Source: Porphyridium purpureum (Eukaryota). Taken from it: a DNA stretch of 64,000 bases. Of the stretch, positions 20,535-30,789 are shown piece after piece; within the stretch, counting starts at the first letter, position 1; each line of letters opens with the position of its first letter. The notes beneath the pieces are model-generated. The model was not told where the DNA came from and did no database searches. It saw nothing but the letters and a program-made list of their open reading frames with translations. Made by a program: the position numbers and the translations under genes. The DNA lies in the NCBI GenBank assembly GCA_008690995.1, contig VRMN01000004.1, forward strand, positions 930,001-994,000, in the 5' to 3' direction.

Positions 20535-22559
20535 CTACATTTCGTCCAGTCGATGGACAATCAGGCTCGTGTCGCTGATGGAAACGGCCACGCGATGCTC
20601 CCAATTCGCGCGCACATCCGCTATGTGGGCCTGGTGTTGGCCACCAAGCACATACTTTTGTGTAATAAATTGCTGCTCGACTTCGTACCCGGTGTCGAGC
20701 TCGTCCAGGCCGCTTTCGTCTTCTGTGTCCACATTGATGGTGCCACTTGCTGCGCCATTGGAGCGGTGACGCCACACGTAGACCTGATTGCTCCCCTCAT
20801 CGCCAGAGAACAATGCAAAGTCAAATTCGCCATCATCCGCGCTGCACGCGACGCCCGCTGTGCGAGAGAGAATCGTGCGAGAGCGGTGCCCAATGAAACG
20901 TGTGGGCTCATGCCTCACATTGTACGGTGGAGCGGACATCATCACATGATGGGCTGCGCGGTCTTCTCGGCTTCGAAAGGACGCGATCACTGCTCCTCCG
21001 CAGCTTGAGGCAGACTTCTTTTGCATTCCGTTTCGGAATGACGATAAAACCGACATGGAATGGCAGAAACTGCCTGTCGGCCATTTGATCTGAGCCACAG
21101 AATTGAAAGAGTTTTCGGGTGTGACAGGATGGACACGATAGCTGAAAAGTGAATCAAACGTGCTGGCCAGAAAGCTAGCTGTCGACGGACTCCACGAGAG
21201 GCTATGAATAGGCAACTGGCTTTGCAAGCGCTTGTAGCCATCAAATGACGCTAGCTCGTGTGCCGTGTTGCGTAGATCATACAGCAAGATGCACGATCTA
21301 TCTCCACCGACCGCGAGTAGATTTGGATCTGAAAGCCAGCTCACGCATCCTCCCCGCATGCTCATCGCATATGAAATTACAGAGCTGAAATTCTGCTCAG
21401 GGTGTACGACTCGCACCACCTTGTCACCCACAGTCGCCACCGTGCCGCTCACCACGCTTCCTTGATGTGGGCAGCAGCGAATATCTCGTACAGGTTCTAG
21501 GTGCAGCGCCGAGCGGCCCATGCTCATGGCGCCATTTGGAAACAGCGTGTTGAGTTTGACGAGGCCATATCCCATTCGAGGGAGCGACGGGTTCAGCGCG
21601 CAGCTGGCATAGATCGCATGAGCTCCACGCGAACCTATGTCGACCGACCTTCCGCCTAGGCGCAAAGGGACACACGCAAACGCCATACCACCGCTCCTGA
21701 GTTTGCTGTGGCCGCTACCAACTGCTGTCCCAAACTTTTCAACTCGAGCTCTTTTCCTGTCGGTGAGCTCAAGATCGGAAACGCTTTCGTGATGATGACG
21801 ACTGTCGCTTTCAAGGAGTCGTTTTTCGACCTCTTCTAGCCGTACACGTAGCTTTTGATTGTCATATGTGAGCGCCTCGCTAGCCATGCGAAGCAAGGCA
21901 TTATTCCTCCGCTCATCATTCAGCCGCGCGCGCTCCTGCTTCAGCTGCGCATGCAGCGTTTCGAGCTCTGAATTATCCACACACGTGAGTCTGGCGGGCG
22001 CGTAAATTGGATGCCATCCCTCGCCTTTTCTGGCGCTTTTCTTCTTCTTGCATGTCGGACATTTACCCGCCTGCTTGAGCCACTTGACCACGCACATGAG
22101 CCCGAAAAGGTGCCCGCACGTCAGACTTACGAGCCGGTGATTTCCTTCCTGATCCCACGGCTCCAAACAAATCGAGCACGTGCTGCCATCTGCCGCAGCA
22201 TCTCCTGGGCAACTCTTTTTTTCTACATTACCTGGTTCAAACGCAGCCGCTTGCAGCGCTGGTTCCAAACTGTCATCTTCTGGTTTGTCCCCGGCGCGAC
22301 TTCCTCCGCAGATATTCGCATGCATCTGCACCAAAGGAGCCACCTCATGTGCATCCACCCCATCTTCTCGCGCCCCATCTGTCGTCTCAACACGCGGCAG
22401 ACGGCGGCGACTTGATGTTGGGCTCTCGACTCGCTCTGCGACAGGCATAAACAGCAAATCAAGTTCCAAGTTGCCCGCCATTTCGTCCGGACCAAGTCTT
22501 CCGTTCACATCTCCGGATGGCCAACGGTCAAATTCTGCACCGACGTCATCTTGCGACAT
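20535..22559 (-). CDS. RFWD3: RING + coiled-coil + WD40 E3 ubiquitin ligase
   Basis: CSICLEPWDQEGNHRLVSLTCGHLFGLMCVVKWL...CPTC, then a coiled coil and WD repeats (LLYDLRN). Confidence 0.88.
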   Translation of the reverse strand: MSQDDVGAEFDRWPSGDVNGRLGPDEMAGNLELDLLFMPVAERVESPTSSRRRLPRVETTDGAREDGVDAHEVAPLVQMHANICGGSRAGDKPEDDSLEPALQAAAFEPGNVEKKSCPGDAAADGSTCSICLEPWDQEGNHRLVSLTCGHLFGLMCVVKWLKQAGKCPTCKKKKSARKGEGWHPIYAPARLTCVDNSELETLHAQLKQERARLNDERRNNALLRMASEALTYDNQKLRVRLEEVEKRLLESDSRHHHESVSDLELTDRKRARVEKFGTAVGSGHSKLRSGGMAFACVPLRLGGRSVDIGSRGAHAIYASCALNPSLPRMGYGLVKLNTLFPNGAMSMGRSALHLEPVRDIRCCPHQGSVVSGTVATVGDKVVRVVHPEQNFSSVISYAMSMRGGCVSWLSDPNLLAVGGDRSCILLYDLRNTAHELASFDGYKRLQSQLPIHSLSWSPSTASFLASTFDSLFSYRVHPVTPENSFNSVAQIKWPTGSFCHSMSVLSSFRNGMQKKSASSCGGAVIASFRSREDRAAHHVMMSAPPYNVRHEPTRFIGHRSRTILSRTAGVACSADDGEFDFALFSGDEGSNQVYVWRHRSNGAASGTINVDTEDESGLDELDTGYEVEQQFITQKYVLGGQHQAHIADVRANWEHRVAVSISDTSLIVHRLDEM

Positions 22560-22747
22560 GTCCAGCGCATCTATCTACCCATCCACCCGACTCCCACAGG
22601 CCCCGCCCGCTCATCCTCTCGCTCCCTCAATCCTTACCTGTCCTCTCTTGCACGGGTGACAAACACCCGTCGGCTGCAGCAACGTCTCCGTCGGAAAGTG
22701 GCCAGGGGAGCAGACGTGAGAGGCACGACGAACTGTGGGCGGGAAGA

Positions 22748-25700
22748 ATGGAGGGACGGGCGCGTGTGAGCGGCTACGTGCACGCCCCAGTGCAAGCTGC
22801 GGAAGCACGCTTATTGTCGTCAAAGTATTCTGTCGGGCATTGTGCGGCGTCGGCGTGTTTGCTGCGTGAGAACGTGCGCGAGCATGCGTTTGTGTGTCCC
22901 GATCGGGTGGAAGAGAGGCACAGCGAAGGAGGCTCACGTGCTCGTCCGGCGTCAAATCGGGGTGTAAGATACCAGGGTGGAATTAGGATGATGAAGATTA
23001 AGCTCAAAAGGTACAAGGAGGAAAGATACATTATCCGCTTGATTCGCTTTCTGAAACTGGAGTGCAAGCAGAACGGACCTTTTCCCGTGAGCCAGGTTGG
23101 AGAGCACGTTTCAAAGCCACCCGCCGTCTTCACGGAGCTCGAATTCTTCCTGTCACGGCCAGAATTGTTCAGGCTTGAGCTTGATCCGGCGAGGGACGAG
23201 CCCGTCGTGTCGCTGATGGGTGAGTCGGAGCAGCTGGAGGACCAGCGCGAACAGTGGAGCAAGATCATGCTTGTACAAAGCGCAGATGAAGCTCGCCTGG
23301 CGGCAGCTCGCATAAAGACCCGCCGAGTGCTGAGCGTTCAACCGATATTTCTCAAGGGCGGCCTCCTATCTTTGCTTGCTGTCGGCACCGTCAGCAACTT
23401 TGCTCATGGCGCTCTTCCGCTGGAAGCTGTGTATGTGTTCGATATCATGCGCTGGCGAGACTTTGATGATCCAGAAAAGACCGAATCTGCACTGGAGCTC
23501 AGAGATGTGCTGTCGCACACCGATTCAGTCAAGGTCGTCTTGAATGGGTCCGCATTACAAACCGAAACGGTGAATTGTGATCTGGACTTACAGATTAACT
23601 CGCTCTTGGATCTGCAGGTTATTCATGGTATGAATCAAGACCTCGCTGGGTCGCTCGATACTGGACAGCCCGGACGCACGCAGCCCGGTGCCCGAGATGA
23701 TGGCGATGCCCTTGCAACCGTAGATTCTATGCTAGCGTTGTACGGCATCAGGCGACCTGCATTGCAGTACACGAATCTCGAAAAGTCGCCTTACATTGTA
23801 TCAAAGGATGCGTGGAGGACGAGGCCAATAACCACTGCGATGATAGAGCATATTACGAACGACATCAAGTACCTGGCGTTTCTCGGCTACCAACTTCTTC
23901 GGGATGTGTCCAAGCAGTCTGAGCAGTACCACTACTGGACACTCCTCACCAAACTGCATGGAATACGAGCGCGCCGTGGTGCGCCAGCGCGCAAAAGTCT
24001 CGAAGACAGAAACGTGCTAAAACTTCTCAGCCAGGTCAAGCGAAATGCTTTGCATCAGCTTTCGTTTGATGCGGAAAATGATTATGCGCCTAGGTACACC
24101 ATGGTCGCTCCTATGACACCCGACGAAAGCGGATCAAAGTCTGAGCAGGAGGACGATCGGTGCGTGATTGAATTTGCTGCCGCGATTCCGAACGATGAAG
24201 TTTTTAGGATTCTGACCGACTTTCTCGACTCTGAGCTGGCCGAGGCAGTTGTCGAAAACATCGTGAACTCACAAATGCAAACAAGCGCCGGGCCGCTGCG
24301 AACTTTAGTCATCGATAAGCGCGGTGTTGTGCGCGGACGCTTCCGCGAGTCGCAGCGGTGCTCGAGTCCGATTACCCAGTACGCGTTCGGTATTCCTTTC
24401 ATGCGAATTCCGCTAAATGAGTTTCAATGGGAGCAGGCTGCCGCGGCTCTTGAAGAAGCCTACGGTGACGAGTTTCGTACCAGAATGAATTCGGCTGCCA
24501 TTCCTGGCACCTTACACCGTCTCGTAGTCCTGCGCAACGGTTTCGGTCGTATTTTGCAAGTATGCATCTATTTTGAGTCAAGCTTTGAAACCGCTTCAAA
24601 GGGTATTCCCGATCTCCTGAACAGATTTGTCGCGCGAACAATCACTCAGGAAGGCTCTGGGTACTGCGTGGCAGTAGTTGGACGCGCAAAATCAGGCAAG
24701 ACTGCTCTTGTGAGAAGCGCAGTGCGTTCACTTCTCCTTGGTGTCGAAGATCGCAAGACTCGGTCCGGCAACCTTAAAGTCGCGCTGATCGACTCATTTG
24801 GTGCTCTGACAAACCATGCAGCAGGTCTGAATCTAGTGTCGCAGAGCGTCGAACATTGCAAAGTGTATATTCCGAATAGAACCGAGTCACAGGCACTCAT
24901 GATTTTGCGATGTTTGGACACCTACAGGCCGGATGTTCTTGTCGTTGATTGCATTGACAGTTCAGAGGAACTCGATGCGCTGCGTGTGGCAAAGCGCCGA
25001 GGCGTCTCGGTGCTTGCGGGGGCACGCGTTGAAAGTCTCGAAGCTTGGTTTGGTTCTCATCTTGAAGGAAAGGCCGGCACTCTAGGTCCTCCGGAAGCGG
25101 CGATGGGCTGTTTTGAAACCATGATTGAATGTGTGGACCCGTTGCGGTTGCGGCTGGTGGAGAATGTGGAACGTAACTGGGGCTTGGTTCAGCGAGGTCG
25201 CCAGCTAGAAATAGAGGAGCGTTTTGAGTCTGCGGCAGATGGGAATTGGTTTGCGCGGTTCACTTTTGATTTGCAGGACTACCTCGAAAATGACCGTGCT
25301 GCAGTGCCGCTGGAGCAGAGCCGAAAGTGGCAGAGCTCTTTGATACGATCAGCATGGGTACCGGAACCGGCCATTAGCTTCCTTGCATTCGAAGCCGTTG
25401 CCACGCCGCCGCGATTCGAGCCAGCTGGAAGCCTTGACGCACTTGCCGCGCAAGTACCAGAGCGAGACTATGTTCTGGAGCAGCGCGCTAGGAGAAGAGC
25501 GCCACGGCTCCCGCCTGCCTATAACCCCTTGAAATGGGGCGAAGTATACGGAATGAAACCTCGCGAGAGGCCTGCACAGATTTTGAGACGACTGATGGAC
25601 CGGGACGAGCTGGGCGTGGTCATGGAGCGGCGCTCGGAAAGAGTGAGGAAGCTGCGGGAGGCTGGCCAGTGGCAAAAGATTGGGGGTGTGGTAAAAGATG

Positions 25701-26140
25701 AGCCAGTCCTTCCCCCAAGTATTCCACTGGAACAGCTTAGTTTACCGAGAGCGACCGCAGTACCAAAAGCCCGAGCTAAAGAGGAAGAAGACAGTGCCAC
25801 CGAATCAGAGGAGGAGGGGGAGGAGGAGGAGGACCAGGAGGACCAGGAGGACCAGGACGACGAGGACGACGAGGACGACGAGGACGACGAGGACGACGAG
25901 GACGACGAGGACGACGAAGGACTGGCCTACGACGAAATTGCTGAGGATGAGACGGACGCGCGAGATTTACGTGTACTTGAAGAAATAGAGGAGATGCAAA
26001 CCGGCGTGTATGGCATCGAACAACGATACAGGCTCGAAATGATCATGCGAGCCAATGCGGACACAACGATGGGGGATCTGTCTGCCCAACCTGCGCTGCC
26101 AGACGACACAACAAAGCGGGCTCGAGGTCGGCGACCATGA
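22748..26140 (+). CDS. Fusion: wHTH-like + degenerate EXD/Egalitarian-like 3'-5' exonuclease + degenerate Ycf45/SpoIIIAA AAA domain + acidic tail
   Basis: Exonuclease-like: VYVFDI, LRDVL...KVV, LLDLQV, WRTRPIT...ND. Ycf45-like: AIPGTLHRLVVLRN, GRAKSGKT, PDVLVVDCI, RGVSVL. Confidence 0.7.
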   Translation: MEGRARVSGYVHAPVQAAEARLLSSKYSVGHCAASACLLRENVREHAFVCPDRVEERHSEGGSRARPASNRGVRYQGGIRMMKIKLKRYKEERYIIRLIRFLKLECKQNGPFPVSQVGEHVSKPPAVFTELEFFLSRPELFRLELDPARDEPVVSLMGESEQLEDQREQWSKIMLVQSADEARLAAARIKTRRVLSVQPIFLKGGLLSLLAVGTVSNFAHGALPLEAVYVFDIMRWRDFDDPEKTESALELRDVLSHTDSVKVVLNGSALQTETVNCDLDLQINSLLDLQVIHGMNQDLAGSLDTGQPGRTQPGARDDGDALATVDSMLALYGIRRPALQYTNLEKSPYIVSKDAWRTRPITTAMIEHITNDIKYLAFLGYQLLRDVSKQSEQYHYWTLLTKLHGIRARRGAPARKSLEDRNVLKLLSQVKRNALHQLSFDAENDYAPRYTMVAPMTPDESGSKSEQEDDRCVIEFAAAIPNDEVFRILTDFLDSELAEAVVENIVNSQMQTSAGPLRTLVIDKRGVVRGRFRESQRCSSPITQYAFGIPFMRIPLNEFQWEQAAAALEEAYGDEFRTRMNSAAIPGTLHRLVVLRNGFGRILQVCIYFESSFETASKGIPDLLNRFVARTITQEGSGYCVAVVGRAKSGKTALVRSAVRSLLLGVEDRKTRSGNLKVALIDSFGALTNHAAGLNLVSQSVEHCKVYIPNRTESQALMILRCLDTYRPDVLVVDCIDSSEELDALRVAKRRGVSVLAGARVESLEAWFGSHLEGKAGTLGPPEAAMGCFETMIECVDPLRLRLVENVERNWGLVQRGRQLEIEERFESAADGNWFARFTFDLQDYLENDRAAVPLEQSRKWQSSLIRSAWVPEPAISFLAFEAVATPPRFEPAGSLDALAAQVPERDYVLEQRARRRAPRLPPAYNPLKWGEVYGMKPRERPAQILRRLMDRDELGVVMERRSERVRKLREAGQWQKIGGVVKDEPVLPPSIPLEQLSLPRATAVPKARAKEEEDSATESEEEGEEEEDQEDQEDQDDEDDEDDEDDEDDEDDEDDEGLAYDEIAEDETDARDLRVLEEIEEMQTGVYGIEQRYRLEMIMRANADTTMGDLSAQPALPDDTTKRARGRRP
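25808..25918 (+). repeat. Coding tandem repeat (GAG / GACCAGGAG / GACGACGAG) giving a poly-D/E tract
   Basis: 9-bp tandem units visible directly. Confidence 0.9.
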
Positions 26141-26190
26141 AAGGAAAAAAGAAAACCGAGTTGTTTACCCTCGCTGGCTCTATCGATACA

Positions 26191-27792
26191 TCAAAGCTCC
26201 TCCTTCTCAGTGCTTTGTGCACAGAGATTATCTGTTCTGGCTTCGAAAGTCCCAAACGTGATGTACCCATCTCGCTCCGAGGCGTACGGGACGGATGCAG
26301 CCCAAAACCGAGCGCTTGGATCCATTGCCACGTCCCATGCAAAAAAGCTACCCTGCAATGACGCCTCACCCCTCAAGATGGGGGTTATATGTTGGTCCAG
26401 GACAAACATCTGAGATATACCGCTTGAAACGCCATCTGCTGCGCATGCATTGCTCCAGCTGCGCCTATACACAAACAATGCCCCGACATCGGGCTCGCCA
26501 CGGCCCGACTTTGCCCCAGGTGCTCCAACAATCAAGGTCGTTCCAGCCCGATTCAGCGCAAGCGAGCCGCCGAAATTGTCTTCTTCCAGTCCAGCCTCGA
26601 GGCGAAGTTCCTGCAGCAGCGAGTACATGCCCGAATCAAAATTCCTCATAAATACATAAGCGGCGCCTGCATACTGGCGCTCCCCATCTGCACCAACCGC
26701 AATCACACTCGCATCGCCCGACATGGCAAGCCGGTACCCAAAGAACGAGTCTTCCTGCGGGTTGGGTTGGCTCAAGGTTTGCATGAAGATAAATTCATCG
26801 CGCTGTGACTGGCGAACATAAACATGGGCGCTACCTTGTTCGCTTTTTTCACCAGGCGCTCCCACCACAAGTACTAACCCGTCTTCGCTGACCGCCAGGG
26901 CGACACCAAAATTATTACGCACACGAGCGTTCCCGTGTCGCAGTTCAACGTACGGCTCCTCCGGCAACAGCATCTGCAGATAATCGCAGTGCTCGAATAG
27001 AACTGCCTTGCGCGTGGAACCACCAGCCGAACAATGATACACGTACACTGCACCCAAGTTAAGCATGTGCCCTTTAGCCGCTACTAGCAGAGTTTCTCCG
27101 TCAAGGGACGCTGCTAAGGCGGAGCCATAGCGTTCATTCACGAACGCGTTCGGACTTTCCAACGTGGCTCTTGTGTTCTCGACCCAGGCTGCGTCCTCGT
27201 CTTCCATTTCCGAATCCATGTTCCGGTGGAACACGCGGACAAGCCCGCGATTTTGTCTCGTGCCGGGCGCCGATAAAAGCAAAGTATGCTTGTTCAATCT
27301 CAAAACGCAATCAAAGCCCAACGAGTCCCCGGATTGAGGGGCTCTTAAAACGCCTCTGACGTGTTCCTGGGCGCCCTCCGCAAACTCTGATCTGATTCCT
27401 TGACCCTGTCCTTTCAGCTCAAACAAGCCTGTGCGCGCGTTTCTCTGTATCATGAACGCGCCTCCCTGCCATGCATTCATCCGCGTCGCGCTAGCCACGA
27501 CGACAAACTCTCCATCCTCCAGAGACGTATCCACACACAATCTCTGCCCCAGCAGCACGCCACCAGATCCAGGCCCAGCACCGCTGCCGACGCTCACGAT
27601 CTGCTGCCGTTGAACATGTTGCGAAGAAACAAAGCCAAACAGGGTACTCGCGACCACCGCCGCCACCGCGACCACAAATACGAAAGGAGGTGAAGCCGAG
27701 GCACCAGAGCCGATTGAAGACAACGGTCCGCAGTTGGTCACTCCTTCGATATACGTCCGCTTTCTCATGCTGGGTCTGTTCTCGATCCGCAT
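26191..27792 (-). CDS. FG-GAP (integrin-alpha-like beta-propeller) repeat protein with N-terminal anchor and C-terminal KEEL
   Basis: Repeats RYGSALA, NFGVALA...LVVGAP, FFGYRLA...VGAD, NFGGSLA...IVGAP, with GAVYVY-type strands. Confidence 0.8.
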   Translation of the reverse strand: MRIENRPSMRKRTYIEGVTNCGPLSSIGSGASASPPFVFVVAVAAVVASTLFGFVSSQHVQRQQIVSVGSGAGPGSGGVLLGQRLCVDTSLEDGEFVVVASATRMNAWQGGAFMIQRNARTGLFELKGQGQGIRSEFAEGAQEHVRGVLRAPQSGDSLGFDCVLRLNKHTLLLSAPGTRQNRGLVRVFHRNMDSEMEDEDAAWVENTRATLESPNAFVNERYGSALAASLDGETLLVAAKGHMLNLGAVYVYHCSAGGSTRKAVLFEHCDYLQMLLPEEPYVELRHGNARVRNNFGVALAVSEDGLVLVVGAPGEKSEQGSAHVYVRQSQRDEFIFMQTLSQPNPQEDSFFGYRLAMSGDASVIAVGADGERQYAGAAYVFMRNFDSGMYSLLQELRLEAGLEEDNFGGSLALNRAGTTLIVGAPGAKSGRGEPDVGALFVYRRSWSNACAADGVSSGISQMFVLDQHITPILRGEASLQGSFFAWDVAMDPSARFWAASVPYASERDGYITFGTFEARTDNLCAQSTEKEEL

Positions 27793-27901
27793 CCGTTCCT
27801 GGCCTTACACGCAGAATCCGTTACTCTGCCGTCTCGCAAGATCGCGCGCGCGCGCTTTCTCCGTTTCCTCGTGATGTCTGCCTCAGTCTCTCTCTCGCAA
27901 C

Positions 27902-27926
27902 CTCTCTCTCTCTCTCTCTCTCTCTC
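27902..27926. repeat. (CT)n microsatellite
   Basis: Seen directly. Confidence 0.9.
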
Positions 27927-28037
27927 GCTTCGTGAGCATTCCTGTGACTCGCTTTATGGACCAATTTTTCTGGCAAGCGTCTGGAGAGATCAAAGACCAA
28001 GCACGTGCTGGTGATGTCTTGCGGTCTTCATGTGACT

Positions 28038-29129
28038 TTATGACACCTCGTAAGGATCTCCATATGGCGACCGCCCATTCAGATTGTGCTGGACTTTCAG
28101 ACGGAGTTGGTACCTCAGCAGGCGAAGGGCTAGTCCGATGCGAGCGCAGATGGCGTCGTACAGGGCCACACATTCCGGCGCGTCACAGCTGATGGATTGC
28201 TGATTGAGGCAGGCGCAATGCTCGTCCAGGAGGTCCTGCATGTGGATAGGATCACCAACGAGCACAAAAATCTCGTGGCCTGTGGACGGAACCATGCTGA
28301 CGCACTTATTGGTGATTGGGTCTTGTGGCATGACACGCTCCATGCCGTCTTGATAGATTGGAAGCACAACCGGCGCTTTGCCGGAAAGAAAGTACGAGCG
28401 CGTGATCACCTTGCCAATGCCGCGTCGCATCCGCTCAATGCGAGGCATTTGGACCACTCTGCCTTCGGGATACACGTGAACCCATTCGCCTCGCTGAATC
28501 AGCGCGGCGAGCTGATCCAGTTCAGGCTGCTGGAGCCCTCCGAATCGCACGACCGGCAGCACTTTTCCTAGCGTGCAAAACTTCCGCTTTAAGTATCCAC
28601 CTCGAAAGCAGATGTCGCTGGCGCACAAGCCCCAGCGCACCTTTTCCGGTTGTTGCACAAGCAAGCGCAGAGGTAGCATGGCGCTGATCAAAAAGGGATC
28701 GTCCAGGATCGATCGATGATTCATGACAGACACGAGACCTGTTCCGCCTTCTCGATCCAGCACGTGAGTGTGCAGCTTTTCGAGCCCATACACGGTCAGC
28801 GTATTGGCGTACTTGAGCAGCGCATGCGCGAAAAGGGTGGTCGCTCCCAGCACCAGACGTCTGAACAATCCATTATTCCGGCGATCGGGCTGGTCATAAA
28901 GCTCGTTCATGTTGACATTTGCTCGGTACTCCTTGTTTCGTTCGTCCACAACTTGCCGGTCGCGCTCTGTAAAGCCAGAGAAAGGCTGCACTTGCATAAG
29001 TGCGAGTTTCAGCCGACGCTCCTTCTCTTTGTCAGTCCCCGATGCGTGCGCGCGGAGCGCGCTACGGAAGTCTGCCAGCCATCTATCGCAGCATGAGCCC
29101 ACGTGCGTCTCGGCACTCGTCTCAGACAT
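28038..29129 (-). CDS. TAZ: Tafazzin (cardiolipin transacylase)
   Basis: NHRSILDDP, RWGLCASDICF, GEWVHVYPEG. Confidence 0.9.
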   Translation of the reverse strand: MSETSAETHVGSCCDRWLADFRSALRAHASGTDKEKERRLKLALMQVQPFSGFTERDRQVVDERNKEYRANVNMNELYDQPDRRNNGLFRRLVLGATTLFAHALLKYANTLTVYGLEKLHTHVLDREGGTGLVSVMNHRSILDDPFLISAMLPLRLLVQQPEKVRWGLCASDICFRGGYLKRKFCTLGKVLPVVRFGGLQQPELDQLAALIQRGEWVHVYPEGRVVQMPRIERMRRGIGKVITRSYFLSGKAPVVLPIYQDGMERVMPQDPITNKCVSMVPSTGHEIFVLVGDPIHMQDLLDEHCACLNQQSISCDAPECVALYDAICARIGLALRLLRYQLRLKVQHNLNGRSPYGDPYEVS

Positions 29130-29510
29130 CGTCGATAATCATGGACGTAGAGTAGCCGCGGATCGCGTCTTTGACCGTGCGTTATGGCTGGTCAAAATTC
29201 TGAAAGCAGATGGCGACGGAGTGTGGAAGGTGAGACCAGAGCTCGGAATGTAACAGAAGGACATGAATACATGCACAGCAAAATGCGCTGGGCGCATTCG
29301 CAAGTATCCACGAGACAGAGAAAACCAGCTGCGCCACGCTTTCCAAAGAATGGGAGACCGCTTGAGTGCCAGAGTGAAGGAAAAGTTCGGACTCTGGCCC
29401 TAGAGCGGCAATCGCGTTTGATGCACGTGAGCGTGAGACCGGCCCAGAATGATTGCCTGAACTCATGCGACGCAAGCTAGTAGAACAAGACTGGAACTTT
29501 AGTCATTCTT

Positions 29511-30386
29511 TTAAGGAATGTTTCCGCCATGATTTTTCAAGCGCAGCCGGGCCTTGGCTTCCTCGTAGGCTGGATGAATGGGCGCCTGCACCGGCGGAAG
29601 CCGCTCGGCTTCGCCATCACTGTCGCTGAGATCATAGCTCATGTCCGCATCAAAGCCAGACAAGTCGCCACAACTTACAAATGGCACCAAGACGCGGTTG
29701 TCCCCTGTGAGCGAACTCAATGCCTTGTTGCGCAGCGGGTCTGAGTGGAGGTAAGCGTTTGCGATCATCCCAGATGGCATTCGAAAGCCGCGGCACACGA
29801 CAAAAGCTTCGATGGAGCTATTGCGACTGCTACGGGGCTTGGCGATGCACACGTCGTCGAAGAAGACCAGAAGTCGGCCGTATAACAGGTCGGTATCCTT
29901 TTGACGAAACACTTTGGCGACAAAGGAGCCGCCGTCGATCAGTAACTGGAGTGCCACATTCAGCGCCGCTAAAATAAGCTCCGCCTGCACATACTCGTCC
30001 AAATCGTGCACACCAGTCACGTCTGGCGCGCCGTCCGAAATGATAATCTCCGCCTTTTCATCGCCAAGGAGCTCAGCAATGCGCTCCAACGTGCGCTGCT
30101 GGGTGATATCAGCCTGAAGCATGGCGACGCCCGGAATCGGTGCCATTTCCTGCAGGTCCACTGCGACTACTCGCGCATGCGTCCGATCAAGCTCCACCAT
30201 CCTACGCGCGACAACCTGGCTCCAGCTGCCTGGAGCCGCACACAAGTCAATCACACGCGTTACATCTTTGAACAGGTCAAATTGCGCGTCAATCTGCAGC
30301 AGCTTGAACGCCGAACGTGCGCGGTACCCGAGCTCCTTGGCTTTTCGATAGTATATGTCCCGCTTATCCTTAGAGCGCAGCGTCAT
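29511..30386 (-). CDS. TRM7: tRNA (C32/N34) 2'-O-methyltransferase
   Basis: SKDKRDIYYRKAKELGYRARSAFKL, DLCAAPGSWSQV, SDGAPDVTG, KPRSSRNSSIEAF. Confidence 0.95.
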   Translation of the reverse strand: MTLRSKDKRDIYYRKAKELGYRARSAFKLLQIDAQFDLFKDVTRVIDLCAAPGSWSQVVARRMVELDRTHARVVAVDLQEMAPIPGVAMLQADITQQRTLERIAELLGDEKAEIIISDGAPDVTGVHDLDEYVQAELILAALNVALQLLIDGGSFVAKVFRQKDTDLLYGRLLVFFDDVCIAKPRSSRNSSIEAFVVCRGFRMPSGMIANAYLHSDPLRNKALSSLTGDNRVLVPFVSCGDLSGFDADMSYDLSDSDGEAERLPPVQAPIHPAYEEAKARLRLKNHGGNIP

Positions 30387-30389
30387 GGC

Positions 30390-30566
30390 TTACTCGGGCA
30401 TATCCCAATCTTCTTCGTCGCGCTGATCAATATCGTTGTACTTGCCTCGCCGCCAATTCTTGTACCCGCTCAACATATACACCGCGAACGCGCAAGCGCC
30501 GACCAAGAGTGCGCAGCCACTGAGCAAAGCAACGGCCACCAACCAACCAACCGGATTACCCCACAT
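30390..30566 (-). CDS. 58-aa single-TM microprotein or uORF directly upstream of TRM7
   Basis: MWGNPVGWLVAVALLSGCALLVGACAFAVYMLSGYKNWRRGKYNDIDQRDEEDWDMPE*; stop followed by GCC ATG of TRM7. Confidence 0.5.
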   Translation of the reverse strand: MWGNPVGWLVAVALLSGCALLVGACAFAVYMLSGYKNWRRGKYNDIDQRDEEDWDMPE

Positions 30567-30789
30567 TGACAACCCGAGCGCTTTCCCGCGTCTACCAGCC
30601 CCTTGCCTCACGCCGCCAGGACGTTTACGAAGGCCGCATGTGCGACGGCCCTTGTGCCAGGCGCTGGTGCCGGGGAAGTTGTGGTGATTGCCACTCGTGA
30701 CGAATATGTATGCGGCTGGGAGAAACATGAAGACCCGTCTTTCGTACCACCGCAGCGGCGGCGGTTGTAGTGGCGGTGGCGGCACAGCA

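Noticed and set aside
25808..25918. Tandem repeat as a CRISPR-like array
   Set aside because: No spacers; it encodes an in-frame acidic tract. No CRISPR array or cas gene was seen in the window.
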